Shown in pieces: positions 26,869 to 35,739 of a stretch of DNA of 39,977 nucleotides. Position 1 is the stretch's first letter, and each line of letters opens with the position of its first letter. The notes below the pieces were generated by a model. That model worked only from the letters and a program-made list of their open reading frames with translations, was not told the DNA's origin and searched no databases. The DNA is from a virus (taxonomy: Duplodnaviria > Caudoviricetes). The stretch spans positions 1-39,977 of the IMG/VR virus record IMGVR_UViG_3300011337_000036. One strand, written 5' to 3'. A program made the position numbers and the translations under genes.

Positions 26869-28068
26869 TTAGCCCCACAGACGGCAAGCCATCTGAGGAC
26901 GAATGGTGCTGAAGCCATACAGTACGTCAATACGGCAAGGCATACGGTCGTTGTTGATGTCGTACTGACGAACAACGCGCAAGCTGATACCGTTATGGAC
27001 GGAACGTGCGGCCATGTCAACGCCTTGGGGCAGCAACAGGTCAGCAGTAGCAAAAGTGATCGCATCCTTGTGGTAGATCAAGTTTTGTGGGTACTGGGTG
27101 CTGGCAGTTCCGATGAACACGACGGCTTTGCTGTTAGCAGGCAAAGTCAGCATGGTCGCCAGTGCGCTAGAAGCCGAGTACATAGGGGCCACGGTCACAG
27201 TAGCGGTGGTGGTGCTAGTCGAGGATGCCAAGACCACAAACTGGAACAGCGAACCAGTGGACTCACGGGTTTGCGGGTTCACAGCGTAGCAATCAGCAAT
27301 CGTAAACACGTCACCAACCGCGAGCAGTTCGCCAGAGCCAACGGTCAGGGTCAGGGTAGACGAACCTTCGGAAGTCACAGCAGCGCCAGTGGTGTTGCCA
27401 GTAGCAGCACGGGTGCCGGTGGTGTGTTGCTTGATGGACTGAGACATATTGATCTCGTCATAGCCCAACACGCCAGTACCCATCATGCCGTTCTTGAACT
27501 GCTTGCTGATAGTGTCGGTGGGGTTAAACAAGCCCTTCATGCCTTCAACCAGACCAGCGTTAGCAGCGGGGTTAACCGTTGCATAACGGGGCGACATCAC
27601 AGCAGCAGACTCGTTCAGTTTCTGCTGGGCTTGCAACAGCACCAAAGAAGTGGACGGGGTAGTGCCAGGAGTGCCAACCGATTGGCCGATAGTCTTGTAA
27701 GCATTGGCAACGTCAGCATCAATGCTGGAGGCCAACTGAGAGATACGCGGCTTCAAAACACGCTCTGCGAAATCGTCCAATTGCATGGTCAATTCAGCAG
27801 AAGTGAAGTTCACGCCAATGTGCTTCTGGGTAGAAACAGTCAGGGTAGTGAATTGCTCGTTATCGTCTTGCACTTGCAGCGCAGCGCCGTCGGTGACCAA
27901 AGCGCGGTCAGGCAGGCGAATACGCAGGGTAGAACCGATCTTCGCACCTTCAACAGCAAAGCTGTCGTCGTACTGGCGGTTTACGTTACGGGTGAGTACC
28001 AGGTTGTTCTCGAGGATTTCGAGAGCCTTCCGAGTAATCATGTCAATGGTTAGGATGCTATTAGCCAT
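26869..28068 (-). CDS. Major capsid protein, P22 gp5-like
   Basis: MANSILTIDMIT...KIGSTLRIRLP...RIDVLYG; strongly biased codons; follows scaffold. Confidence 0.92.
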   Translation of the reverse strand: MANSILTIDMITRKALEILENNLVLTRNVNRQYDDSFAVEGAKIGSTLRIRLPDRALVTDGAALQVQDDNEQFTTLTVSTQKHIGVNFTSAELTMQLDDFAERVLKPRISQLASSIDADVANAYKTIGQSVGTPGTTPSTSLVLLQAQQKLNESAAVMSPRYATVNPAANAGLVEGMKGLFNPTDTISKQFKNGMMGTGVLGYDEINMSQSIKQHTTGTRAATGNTTGAAVTSEGSSTLTLTVGSGELLAVGDVFTIADCYAVNPQTRESTGSLFQFVVLASSTSTTTATVTVAPMYSASSALATMLTLPANSKAVVFIGTASTQYPQNLIYHKDAITFATADLLLPQGVDMAARSVHNGISLRVVRQYDINNDRMPCRIDVLYGFSTIRPQMACRLWG

Positions 28069-28088
28069 GAAAAAAGTCCTTTAAAAAA

Positions 28089-28862
28089 TTAGCGGTTAGC
28101 CTGCGCCTGCCATTTTTTCATCTGTCGTGCCCGTTCAGCTTCAATCCACTGCGAATCCGTCATGGTCTTGATAGACCGTGGATCAGTAGTGTCATAGGCC
28201 GGTGATCCAGTGGATCGGGCAGAGACAGGCGAAATAGGTGCTGGCGCTGACGATGTACGTTTCACGGGCGGGCTATCAGCCAATTTGGCCTCAATCCGTC
28301 CAATCTCTTTAGCCTGGCCGAGTGGCGACAGTTTGGAAATGCGTTCCGCTTCCTTGGGGTTTGTGCCGAGGTAGTATGCCAACTCAGGCCCAATATCCGA
28401 GGATTGGATTGCCTCTGCCATCACGTTAGTAATCGGAAGTTTGGGGTTGTACGCGACTTGTTCAAAGTCCTCGTACTTGCTCCGTGCTTCCTCTTCCTTC
28501 TCGTGGTAGCTTTCAAGAACCTGCGACTGCTGCTTTGCCGCTTCGCGCTGTGCAATCAATTGCTCGGCCTTTTGATAGGCCAGTGCATCGGCGTAAGCCT
28601 CTGCGCTTTCAAATTGATCAACAGACTGAACCGGCGCTGCCCTGAGAGTCTGCGTTTCCGCTTGTCTCTGCGCTTGTTCCCGTTCCCACTTCCTTTGCTC
28701 TCTTGCAAGGCGTTTGCCAATTGCAGCGTCCAATTCTTCCTGTGTGAAAGTCTTAGATTGCTGTTCTTCAGCTACTTCCGGCGCTTTAACTTCGGGTTCA
28801 GGTGCAGCCGTTGCCACCTGTTCCGGCGCGGGGTCAACTACCGCTAGGTTTTCTTCTGACAT
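28089..28862 (-). CDS. Scaffolding protein
   Basis: Glu/Gln/Ala coiled coil, KTFTQEELD, GPELAYYLG, SAPAPI; precedes coat; start MSEEN at 28862 preferred (28874 possible). Confidence 0.8.
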   Translation of the reverse strand: MSEENLAVVDPAPEQVATAAPEPEVKAPEVAEEQQSKTFTQEELDAAIGKRLAREQRKWEREQAQRQAETQTLRAAPVQSVDQFESAEAYADALAYQKAEQLIAQREAAKQQSQVLESYHEKEEEARSKYEDFEQVAYNPKLPITNVMAEAIQSSDIGPELAYYLGTNPKEAERISKLSPLGQAKEIGRIEAKLADSPPVKRTSSAPAPISPVSARSTGSPAYDTTDPRSIKTMTDSQWIEAERARQMKKWQAQANR

Positions 28863-28866
28863 TTTT

Positions 28867-28897
28867 GATTCCATAGAATCCCTGGTGAACGCACCAG
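28867..28897 (-). promoter_or_regulatory. Tandem hairpins in scaffold-gene leader
   Basis: mRNA CUGGUG-CGUU-CACCAG G GAUUC-UAUG-GAAUC AAAA AUG. Confidence 0.55.
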
Positions 28898-28910
28898 TAC
28901 GTTTTTTGCA

Positions 28911-29180
28911 TTATTCGTATGCTACTGTAAATGCTGCCGATGTACCGGCCAAAACAATGTACAGACCTTTGTTAAAGAACAATCCCGCAGGAATGTTCAG
29001 ATATGTGGTGCCAGCCGACACGCTAAAGGTGTCCGAAATCTTTGGATCGCTGGTGCTGGACGCTTGCGAGTCATAAATGGTAAGCGTGCCGCTGCTGGAT
29101 GCCGACACAAAAATTCCGAACAATTTGCCCGCGCCGACCTTGACTTGCTTGGTCGCAGCCATTTGCATATAGTTTGCCAT
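28911..29180 (-). CDS. Hypothetical head-module protein
   Basis: 89 aa beta-rich; AAGGA RBS. Confidence 0.7.
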   Translation of the reverse strand: MANYMQMAATKQVKVGAGKLFGIFVSASSSGTLTIYDSQASSTSDPKISDTFSVSAGTTYLNIPAGLFFNKGLYIVLAGTSAAFTVAYE

Positions 29181-29189
29181 GATGTTTCC

Positions 29190-29789
29190 TTATGCCAAAA
29201 AATAATGGTTTCTTTTACTTCGATTTTCTGATTTTGATATTACTTGCAAATTCGTAGGAACGTGCAAACCAGAAACAAATTCACCGCGTAAAGGAATAAT
29301 GTGATCAACTTCCCAGACAAATCCAAACATTTGCGTCCTCAATTTAGCCAAATTGTACGCTTCACGCATAATCCATCGGTCATCTGGTGTGAGCCATTGT
29401 GGCACACGTTTCGCACGTTTTGCAACACTTGCAACAGCACGCGCTGTATATGCATCAGGATGTTTTTTAATATGTCGCAAAGTTTTGGCTTTAATTTTTT
29501 CCGGATTTGCTTTAGCCCACGCTTTTGCATCTTCTCGCACTTTGTCTTTATTAGCTGCTTGCCAACGTTTAACCCGTTTTCCATGAAGTTCTTTGTTATT
29601 CTCTAACCATTTACGCATAGATGCCGTGTATTTTTCAAGGTTTGCGCTGCGCCACGTAGTTGATTGAACAACAGTGCATTCAACGCATTTCGCCCCTATA
29701 GTGTAACGATCAGCAAAATGCCCATGCTTGCACGGCTTGCCCGTTCTGTATGTTTTCAAGCCTAACAATTTTGCTTCCGCGCGTTTCAT
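29190..29789 (-). CDS. HNH homing endonuclease
   Basis: YRTGKPCKHGH...CVEC N-terminus; EVDHIIPL...SGLHVPTNLQ...NRSKRN; AT-rich. Confidence 0.88.
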   Translation of the reverse strand: MKRAEAKLLGLKTYRTGKPCKHGHFADRYTIGAKCVECTVVQSTTWRSANLEKYTASMRKWLENNKELHGKRVKRWQAANKDKVREDAKAWAKANPEKIKAKTLRHIKKHPDAYTARAVASVAKRAKRVPQWLTPDDRWIMREAYNLAKLRTQMFGFVWEVDHIIPLRGEFVSGLHVPTNLQVISKSENRSKRNHYFLA

Positions 29790-30154
29790 GCAAGGAACCT
29801 TAACTTATAGAGGGTGCTTAAATACAGTTCGATAATGTTGTCAATCAACTGCTGAAGCGAGGAATCTGACTTGTCCACAACTTCGTACCGGCATTTCTCA
29901 ATGTCATCTAGTTGACCTTGCAAGAAATCAATGATGTTGGCCGTCTTGGTGGCCGAGTGCAGAGTTATCGGCCCCATCAGACCGTGGCGGCCTTGGTAGG
30001 CTTCGGCAAATGCATCGGCGTGGTCAATGATTTCGTCGTAAAAGGTGTTTAGCGCAACGTGCTTGGAATAGCTGCGCGTGTTCAGATGGACGCTGTGCGC
30101 CACATCACGGGCGAGGAATAGCATTCCTACGAAATCGGCGGCTTTGTACATCAT
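29786..30154 (-). CDS. Ferritin/Dps-like four-helix protein (DUF5856-like)
   Basis: AHSVHL...SYSKHVAL..FYD....ADAFAEAYQG resembles Dps ferroxidase residue spacing. Confidence 0.65.
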   Translation of the reverse strand: MMYKAADFVGMLFLARDVAHSVHLNTRSYSKHVALNTFYDEIIDHADAFAEAYQGRHGLMGPITLHSATKTANIIDFLQGQLDDIEKCRYEVVDKSDSSLQQLIDNIIELYLSTLYKLRFLA

Positions 30155-32361
30155 TGTGGCATTCCCATAGGTGGCTGTTGCATCTCCATTGGCATCTGTT
30201 GTTCCATGCCTTCCATTGGCATCTCAGGGCCGGTATCCATATCACGCCCAGGCATCTCGTTAACCAAGTCGCCCGACGTAATCATGCCATGCACGGTGCC
30301 TAGCACTATGTCTTGAATCTGCTCGGGCGACATGGATGCCTGCACGGCAGAAATCCGCTGAGTCTCGGCCTGGTACGCTTTCACCTGCGCCTCAAAGTCT
30401 TTTCGGTGCATATCCTGCGCCTCAATGGACTTGCCAGCGTTAATAATCATCTGGTGCATTTGCTCCATCTCTTGGCCCATCGCCTGGATTTGCTGCTCGG
30501 CGGCCTGCAACTCAGGCGGCTTATCGCCATCCTGCATCAGCTTGGGATCGATGGTCTTAGCCAGCCGTTTCGCCATCTCTTGTGCCCCAGGCCAATCCAT
30601 GTTCTTGACAAACAGGTCACCGGCCACAGCCCACAATTCTTTATTACCGTTAAGCATTTGCGCCATGCCTTCCAAAGCCTCTTGGCGCTTGGTGGCGTAG
30701 CCTGGGCCGGTGGTCACCACCACATCGTACTTGCCGACGCTAGGGTTGTAAATCTTGTCGATCACAATGCCTTGCTGATCCACAATCTTCTTTACCGGCT
30801 CGGCTTGCATCGGATCAATCTTGACCATATCGGTTTCGCCGTCCTCGCCAATGATCCGAGCCACCCGCTGGGTGTCGTAAATCTTCGGAATTAGGTCAAC
30901 CAACTGGCGGGTGATGTGCCGCACGCCACGGGCAAGGTTGTCACCGTAATGGTAAGTACCAACATCGCCCTCACGCTGGCGTGCCAAGATGGCTTTGCCG
31001 CTGCGTTCGTTGGATGTCATACCCAAAGAAGCGTTGTATTGGCCGGTTGACGCTTTGATGTCCTCGGACGCGCCAGCCTTGGCCTGCAACAACCCGCTGG
31101 AGGCCATCGGAGGTTGGGCACGGGCGGGAAGTGGCAAAACGCTGCCAGCGCCATCGGTTACGTCAGGGTTTACCTCCAAATACGGCCAGTTGGTCGTGTT
31201 TGCGGTCTTCCACTGCGTCTCGTAGCCTTCAAACTGCCCGCCATAGCCAATAAATGGCGCTTTTGGAGCCAAAGCCAGCATTTCTGCCTCTTGGGACACC
31301 CAATAGTTGTACATCCGTTGCGCGTCTTTGGCATTTCGCACCAGACCCGACACATACAAACGGCCGTCAACCTCAAATTCGTTGCCTACGATGCGAACAA
31401 CGGGAATGTACTTGCCCGCCCACTCGCGCTGTTCCAAAATCTCGTAGCCGTTAATCTTGCAATACTTGATCTTGCACCGATCAGACTCGCGTGACTTCAG
31501 CGGCTTGCCAAATTGGGTTTTTAGTAGCTTGTCCTCGGGCGAATTGTCAAACGCCGTGACATTTCCAGGGTACAGATTCAGCGTAGCGCGGTCATAGTCA
31601 ACGTAGTAATAGTCCGCAATGCGGATGGTGTCCTCGTTTAGCCACTGCGACAGATTCTGGTCACCAACGCCCAGCGACTGCAAGGTCGTGATAGGCGCTG
31701 AATCAGGGTACATCCGTTCGTAGTCCGCTTTTGTGATGTCCTCGGTGATGAAACACCACTTGGCATCAGACCCACACGGGTCTTGAATCGTCGGATCCAT
31801 GTAGACGCTGAAACTGTTGCGAATGCGCCCAATCTTGATGTCTTGGTCAAACGTATCGTCGTCGCAATACTCCGTCAGGATTCGGATGTAACCTTCGCCG
31901 TAGCTAACCTGGTTCTCGCAGGCGGTGTCGTAAGCGACATCAGCATCCGAGATGTACTCAATGTGCCTGACCATGCCGTTGAAGATTTCGGCAACGTCGA
32001 TGTCGGCTTTGTCATCGGCAGGAATAACCTTGCCACTTGGGCGGTTTTGGCGTTGGTCATTGGTCACTTGCCGGACGTGCTGCGGCAGTTTGTTGATAGT
32101 CAGGCAGGGGCGAGCGTTAATCGTCTGGCCCTGCACCGCGCCGCGAGTAGCCAGCACATCGGCAGGCCACTGCCAATGGTTATCTGGCGAACCGGCGTAA
32201 AACTTTAAGTCATCAATCTCGTCCTCGCGGGACTCGGACAACGCGCCAATCGCCATATCCAAGCGGCTGCGGGCAGTCGCCAAAATATCGGAACTGTCGT
32301 TCTTCTTGCCACCACCATTGGCGACATTACCCACTGCTACCATGCCGGTGTAATCAGCCAT
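30151..32361 (-). CDS. Portal protein, P22-like
   Basis: 736 aa; RPCLTINKL, AKDAQRMYNYW, GKYDVVVTTGP; C-terminal Gln-rich coiled coil; after terL. Confidence 0.92.
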   Translation of the reverse strand: MADYTGMVAVGNVANGGGKKNDSSDILATARSRLDMAIGALSESREDEIDDLKFYAGSPDNHWQWPADVLATRGAVQGQTINARPCLTINKLPQHVRQVTNDQRQNRPSGKVIPADDKADIDVAEIFNGMVRHIEYISDADVAYDTACENQVSYGEGYIRILTEYCDDDTFDQDIKIGRIRNSFSVYMDPTIQDPCGSDAKWCFITEDITKADYERMYPDSAPITTLQSLGVGDQNLSQWLNEDTIRIADYYYVDYDRATLNLYPGNVTAFDNSPEDKLLKTQFGKPLKSRESDRCKIKYCKINGYEILEQREWAGKYIPVVRIVGNEFEVDGRLYVSGLVRNAKDAQRMYNYWVSQEAEMLALAPKAPFIGYGGQFEGYETQWKTANTTNWPYLEVNPDVTDGAGSVLPLPARAQPPMASSGLLQAKAGASEDIKASTGQYNASLGMTSNERSGKAILARQREGDVGTYHYGDNLARGVRHITRQLVDLIPKIYDTQRVARIIGEDGETDMVKIDPMQAEPVKKIVDQQGIVIDKIYNPSVGKYDVVVTTGPGYATKRQEALEGMAQMLNGNKELWAVAGDLFVKNMDWPGAQEMAKRLAKTIDPKLMQDGDKPPELQAAEQQIQAMGQEMEQMHQMIINAGKSIEAQDMHRKDFEAQVKAYQAETQRISAVQASMSPEQIQDIVLGTVHGMITSGDLVNEMPGRDMDTGPEMPMEGMEQQMPMEMQQPPMGMPQ

Positions 32362-32516
32362 TATTTCTTACCTTTTGGCATAGGCGTTGGCTTATTGGCC
32401 TCGCGCTTCACAGAGTACGCCACGGCTAATGCTTGTTTTATAGGCTTGCCGCTGGCTACCTCAGCCTTGACATTAGCCCGAAAGGCTTTAGGAGTAGATG
32501 ACTTCACTAATGGCAT
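32361..32516 (-). CDS. Small basic protein, 51 aa (not in ORF track)
   Basis: MPLVKSSTPKAFRANVKAEVASGKPIKQALAVAYSVKREANKPTPMPKGKK*; TAATG overlap with portal. Confidence 0.8.
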   Translation of the reverse strand: MPLVKSSTPKAFRANVKAEVASGKPIKQALAVAYSVKREANKPTPMPKGKK

Positions 32517-32517
32517 A

Positions 32518-34041
32518 TCAAGCCCCCATCCATGATGTGTTAACGCCGCTGCCCTGAGAGTTCACGCGGCGGGTTGGTTCAGTGTACTGCCGATGCGCCA
32601 CGGGAAAGGCAAAGGTCACGGCAATCGCGTCTGCCGCGTCAGGTGAAGCCAATCCTCTTGCTCTCATCTCTTTTTTCCCTTCAAGGAAAATAGTCCCCGA
32701 CGAATTCGGTTTCTTCATAGGCCCAGTTAGGTCAGCCTTAAGCTGCCTGTCTGTGGGAATACTAGCAGATTTTAGCCACGTCCTCATATCGTTCCACATT
32801 TCGGCCCGCTTATTGCCAAACGCAATGGAGTGTTTCGCCTTGGAGCCAAAGTTCACGCCGCGCACCTTATACCGCTGCTCGGTAAGCCTATCCAGTATCC
32901 CGTAGCCCAATCCACCCTCATCAATCACCGTCAAAACAGGCTTGTATTCCTCCATCGCCTCAATGACGCGCCCGACAATCGTCATGGTGTCTTCACCCTG
33001 ATACCGCTTAATCGCCACAATATCCCGCCCCTGGCGTACCGCAATCACAGTGGCATCGGCACCGCCGCGTGCCGGATCCACCCCCATCACGATAGGCGCG
33101 GATGAATCCTTGTAGCGTGGGCGCTTGGCGGCATCATCCACCAGTGTCCCCGATATAAACTGATCTTCTCCGGCCGATGGAAACTCGCCGTACACCTCAA
33201 CCTTGGCCTGGGCAGAGTCCTCGCCATACTCGTTGATGATTTGCTCATACACCGCCTTGTCGGTGTCCTCCACCGTCCTGGCATCAACGCAGCGCGTGTT
33301 CCAGAAATCCCGCTTAGCGTTAAAGCACTCAAAGAAATAGCCCTCGTTACGCCGAGGATTGGAAAACGCAAACCAGTACCTGTCCGGCGTGTTCTCCGTA
33401 AAGAACCCCGCGCCCACTTCCCAAATCGGGTTAGGGATACCGCTGGACTCGTCAAAGATCAGCATCATGCCGTCCTGGTTGTGGACACCAGCGTACGAAT
33501 CAGGATTCTCCGCAGACCACAGCTTACCTTCGCAAGCCCAGTAGCGCGTACCCTTCTTCAGATCACGCTCAACCAGTTCCGTCAACCAGTTGGCAGGCAC
33601 CAGCTTGGTGGCGCTTATCTCCCACCAGTGCGAGTTAATCAGCATGGCCGCCCACTTCGTCAACTCGGCCCAGGTGACCGAACGCAGCTGGTTCTCAGAG
33701 TTCGCGCTGACCACTACGCTGCCGCCAATCCGAGTAGTCAGCATCCACAGCACCAGCCAGCTAACCAATGCAGACTTACCAATCCCGCGCCCAGATGACA
33801 CCGCCATCCGCACAGTGTCATAGGTAATCTGACCCTTCTGCTTTTTGATGTGATCCGTAATATCGCGTAGCACTTCCCGCTGCCACTTGCGCGGGCCTTG
33901 GAACCGTTCCAATGGCGTGTTCTTGACACCCCAAGGAAATGCAAACCTTACAAACGCCTCTAGGTCATTAGCAATCGCCGGTGACCATAGTTCCGTCATC
34001 AGCTTTTGCTCTTCCTCGCCTTTGTAAATTGGAAGTTGCAT
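32518..34041 (-). CDS. terL: Terminase large subunit
   Basis: WQ motif, Walker A SSGRGIGKS, Walker B LIFDESS, SNP, nuclease MGVDPARGG and SPDAADA. Confidence 0.93.
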   Translation of the reverse strand: MQLPIYKGEEEQKLMTELWSPAIANDLEAFVRFAFPWGVKNTPLERFQGPRKWQREVLRDITDHIKKQKGQITYDTVRMAVSSGRGIGKSALVSWLVLWMLTTRIGGSVVVSANSENQLRSVTWAELTKWAAMLINSHWWEISATKLVPANWLTELVERDLKKGTRYWACEGKLWSAENPDSYAGVHNQDGMMLIFDESSGIPNPIWEVGAGFFTENTPDRYWFAFSNPRRNEGYFFECFNAKRDFWNTRCVDARTVEDTDKAVYEQIINEYGEDSAQAKVEVYGEFPSAGEDQFISGTLVDDAAKRPRYKDSSAPIVMGVDPARGGADATVIAVRQGRDIVAIKRYQGEDTMTIVGRVIEAMEEYKPVLTVIDEGGLGYGILDRLTEQRYKVRGVNFGSKAKHSIAFGNKRAEMWNDMRTWLKSASIPTDRQLKADLTGPMKKPNSSGTIFLEGKKEMRARGLASPDAADAIAVTFAFPVAHRQYTEPTRRVNSQGSGVNTSWMGA

Positions 34042-34072
34042 TAGTAGTCAATTCCGTGGTAGGATGTTGCCA
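34036..34072 (+). promoter_or_regulatory. Sigma70-type promoter predicted to give a leaderless mRNA
   Basis: TTGCAT (34036-41)-N18-TAGGAT (34060-65) with extended TG at 34057-58; ATG begins 7 nt after the -10. Confidence 0.6.
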
Positions 34073-34278
34073 TGAATTTATCTCCTATCGTGAACACCGA
34101 TGTCAAGATGCCGGCCAAAATGCTGGAAGCGTTGGGGTTGCATGAAACCCGTTGCGTGGTTACCGGCGTTAAGCAAACAACAGAAGAGTCCGTCAAGACT
34201 TTTTTGACTGAGCGATATGGTGAAAAATTAGCCAGCAAATTTGATCCCAAATTTTTGTTTAGTATCCAAGACGTTTAA
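34072..34278 (+). CDS. Small antisense protein, 68 aa, candidate immunity protein
   Basis: Fills the gap between terL and the 479-aa gene; own promoter; convergent 20-nt overlap. Confidence 0.65.
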   Translation: MNLSPIVNTDVKMPAKMLEALGLHETRCVVTGVKQTTEESVKTFLTERYGEKLASKFDPKFLFSIQDV

Positions 34279-35698
34279 GTAGTGCGTTGTCAATAACGCC
34301 AGCGTAAGGGTGCATTTGCATTGCCCTTAAATCTGAAGCCCTTGGATTTTTTGGGTCTGGAATGTTCCTAGCCTTAACCACATCAGGCAGCAATTCAAAA
34401 ATATTGTGGTCTTCAGCCAATGTTCCAATGCCTTGTCCTTGCACCCCGCCTGGGTAAGCTGGGTGAGTAGATTTCAATATTGGACTTCCTGTAAATATCT
34501 CACCAACATTTTGCACGCCGCCTTCTTGCGCGGCTAATTGCGCGGGGTCTGACACCGCCAACCTTGCACTACCAATATTTAAACCGCCCTCATCTCGAAA
34601 ATCCCTGTCCATCATTTTTTTAATGGCCTTGCGCTTGCTATCTGGTGCTGCTCTAAATTGCGCCACACTTGCTGGATCAGACACACCAGCCCAATCAGGA
34701 ATAAATTTCTTAATTGCTTTGTCAAAGTTCTTTTTTTGCATTCTGCCCATAGAGGCATCAGCGTAAGACAACATAGTTTCACCAGTCATCTGAGCAAAGT
34801 CACCGCCAGTGGGAGCCATACGATAAGGCAAATACAACGGATTTTGCCCAGTAGCACTTTTGACTTCATCAGCGTATTTCATCAATGCTTTTGATGGAGC
34901 ATTGCCCGATGACCAAACTAAACCAGGATTGTTAAACATGAAATCTTGACCGCCCAACAATCCAACTGGCCGGTTAAACGCAACATCATTGACGCCAATC
35001 AATTGGCCGCCTGCAGCAGTCCTGTCTGCCATGCTGGTGATAAACGGTCTACCCTCAAAATCAGCAAGCGAAACCGTTGGCGCATTTGCGGCATTTGGAT
35101 TCAATTGGATATCTCGCGTCATCGCTTGCATTCTGGCTTGCTCATTTACCCTTGGGTCATATCTTGGGTCAAATGCGCCAATTCCGCTACGGCCAGATGG
35201 CGGCACAACGCTAGGCATTGTCCCCATGCTCCGCATATAGTCTTCGGCAAGTTGCCCAACCTTTGGCGCGACAAACCGGCCTGTGGCGGCTGCTCCTTGT
35301 CCTGCCATTTGCGTTACAGCAGGCAACGCCTTCGGCGCAACTAGGTTACCCACAACATTCTGCCCAAGGGTCGCGCCCATGTTTTCGCTGTACTGCGCCT
35401 GCGGCCCAGCGCCAGGCAATGACGGCAGCATCGCCCTCACGCGATCCGATGTGGGTAGCAACGCCTGTGCGGCCATATTCTTTGCCGTGTAGCTATCAGG
35501 GGCTGCGCCGGACAGCAGTAGCTGCCGCGCTAGTTGCTCAATGTCACCAGGCATACCAGCAATGGTTGCCGCTGTACCCTTGGCTGCGCCATACAGCATC
35601 GGGCCTAGCCCCTGCGTAAACGCATTCACTACGTCTTGGCCTGGGTACGCCAGCCTGTTCTGTGGCCGCGCTGCGAGTGCGTTATATCCTGACGGCAT
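34259..35698 (-). CDS. Two-part protein, putative virion-delivered effector
   Basis: Ala/Gly-rich ejection-protein-like N-terminal ~165 aa (GC-rich DNA) fused to a ~310-aa globular domain (lower GC); no catalytic family recognised. Confidence 0.55.
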   Translation of the reverse strand: MPSGYNALAARPQNRLAYPGQDVVNAFTQGLGPMLYGAAKGTAATIAGMPGDIEQLARQLLLSGAAPDSYTAKNMAAQALLPTSDRVRAMLPSLPGAGPQAQYSENMGATLGQNVVGNLVAPKALPAVTQMAGQGAAATGRFVAPKVGQLAEDYMRSMGTMPSVVPPSGRSGIGAFDPRYDPRVNEQARMQAMTRDIQLNPNAANAPTVSLADFEGRPFITSMADRTAAGGQLIGVNDVAFNRPVGLLGGQDFMFNNPGLVWSSGNAPSKALMKYADEVKSATGQNPLYLPYRMAPTGGDFAQMTGETMLSYADASMGRMQKKNFDKAIKKFIPDWAGVSDPASVAQFRAAPDSKRKAIKKMMDRDFRDEGGLNIGSARLAVSDPAQLAAQEGGVQNVGEIFTGSPILKSTHPAYPGGVQGQGIGTLAEDHNIFELLPDVVKARNIPDPKNPRASDLRAMQMHPYAGVIDNALLKRLGY

Positions 35699-35730
35699 GG
35701 TGCGTGGAGGGTAGTGGTTGGCTTGGCGCG

Positions 35731-35739
35731 GTTATAGCA
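35731..35739 (-). promoter_or_regulatory. Possible extended -10 promoter for late operon
   Basis: TGCTATAAC preceded by long T-tract, about 30 nt before the 479-aa start. Confidence 0.4.

Noticed and set aside
26995-28053. 352-aa plus-strand ORF opposite the coat gene, and similar antisense ORFs over portal, terL and fibre genes
   Set aside because: Shadow frames expected from biased codon usage on the minus strand; no protein-like motifs recognised.
34041-34250. 69-aa minus-strand ORF overlapping the antisense gene
   Set aside because: Non-ATG start, no clear RBS and low-information sequence; the plus-strand ORF has promoter support. Not fully excluded because its stop abuts the terL start.
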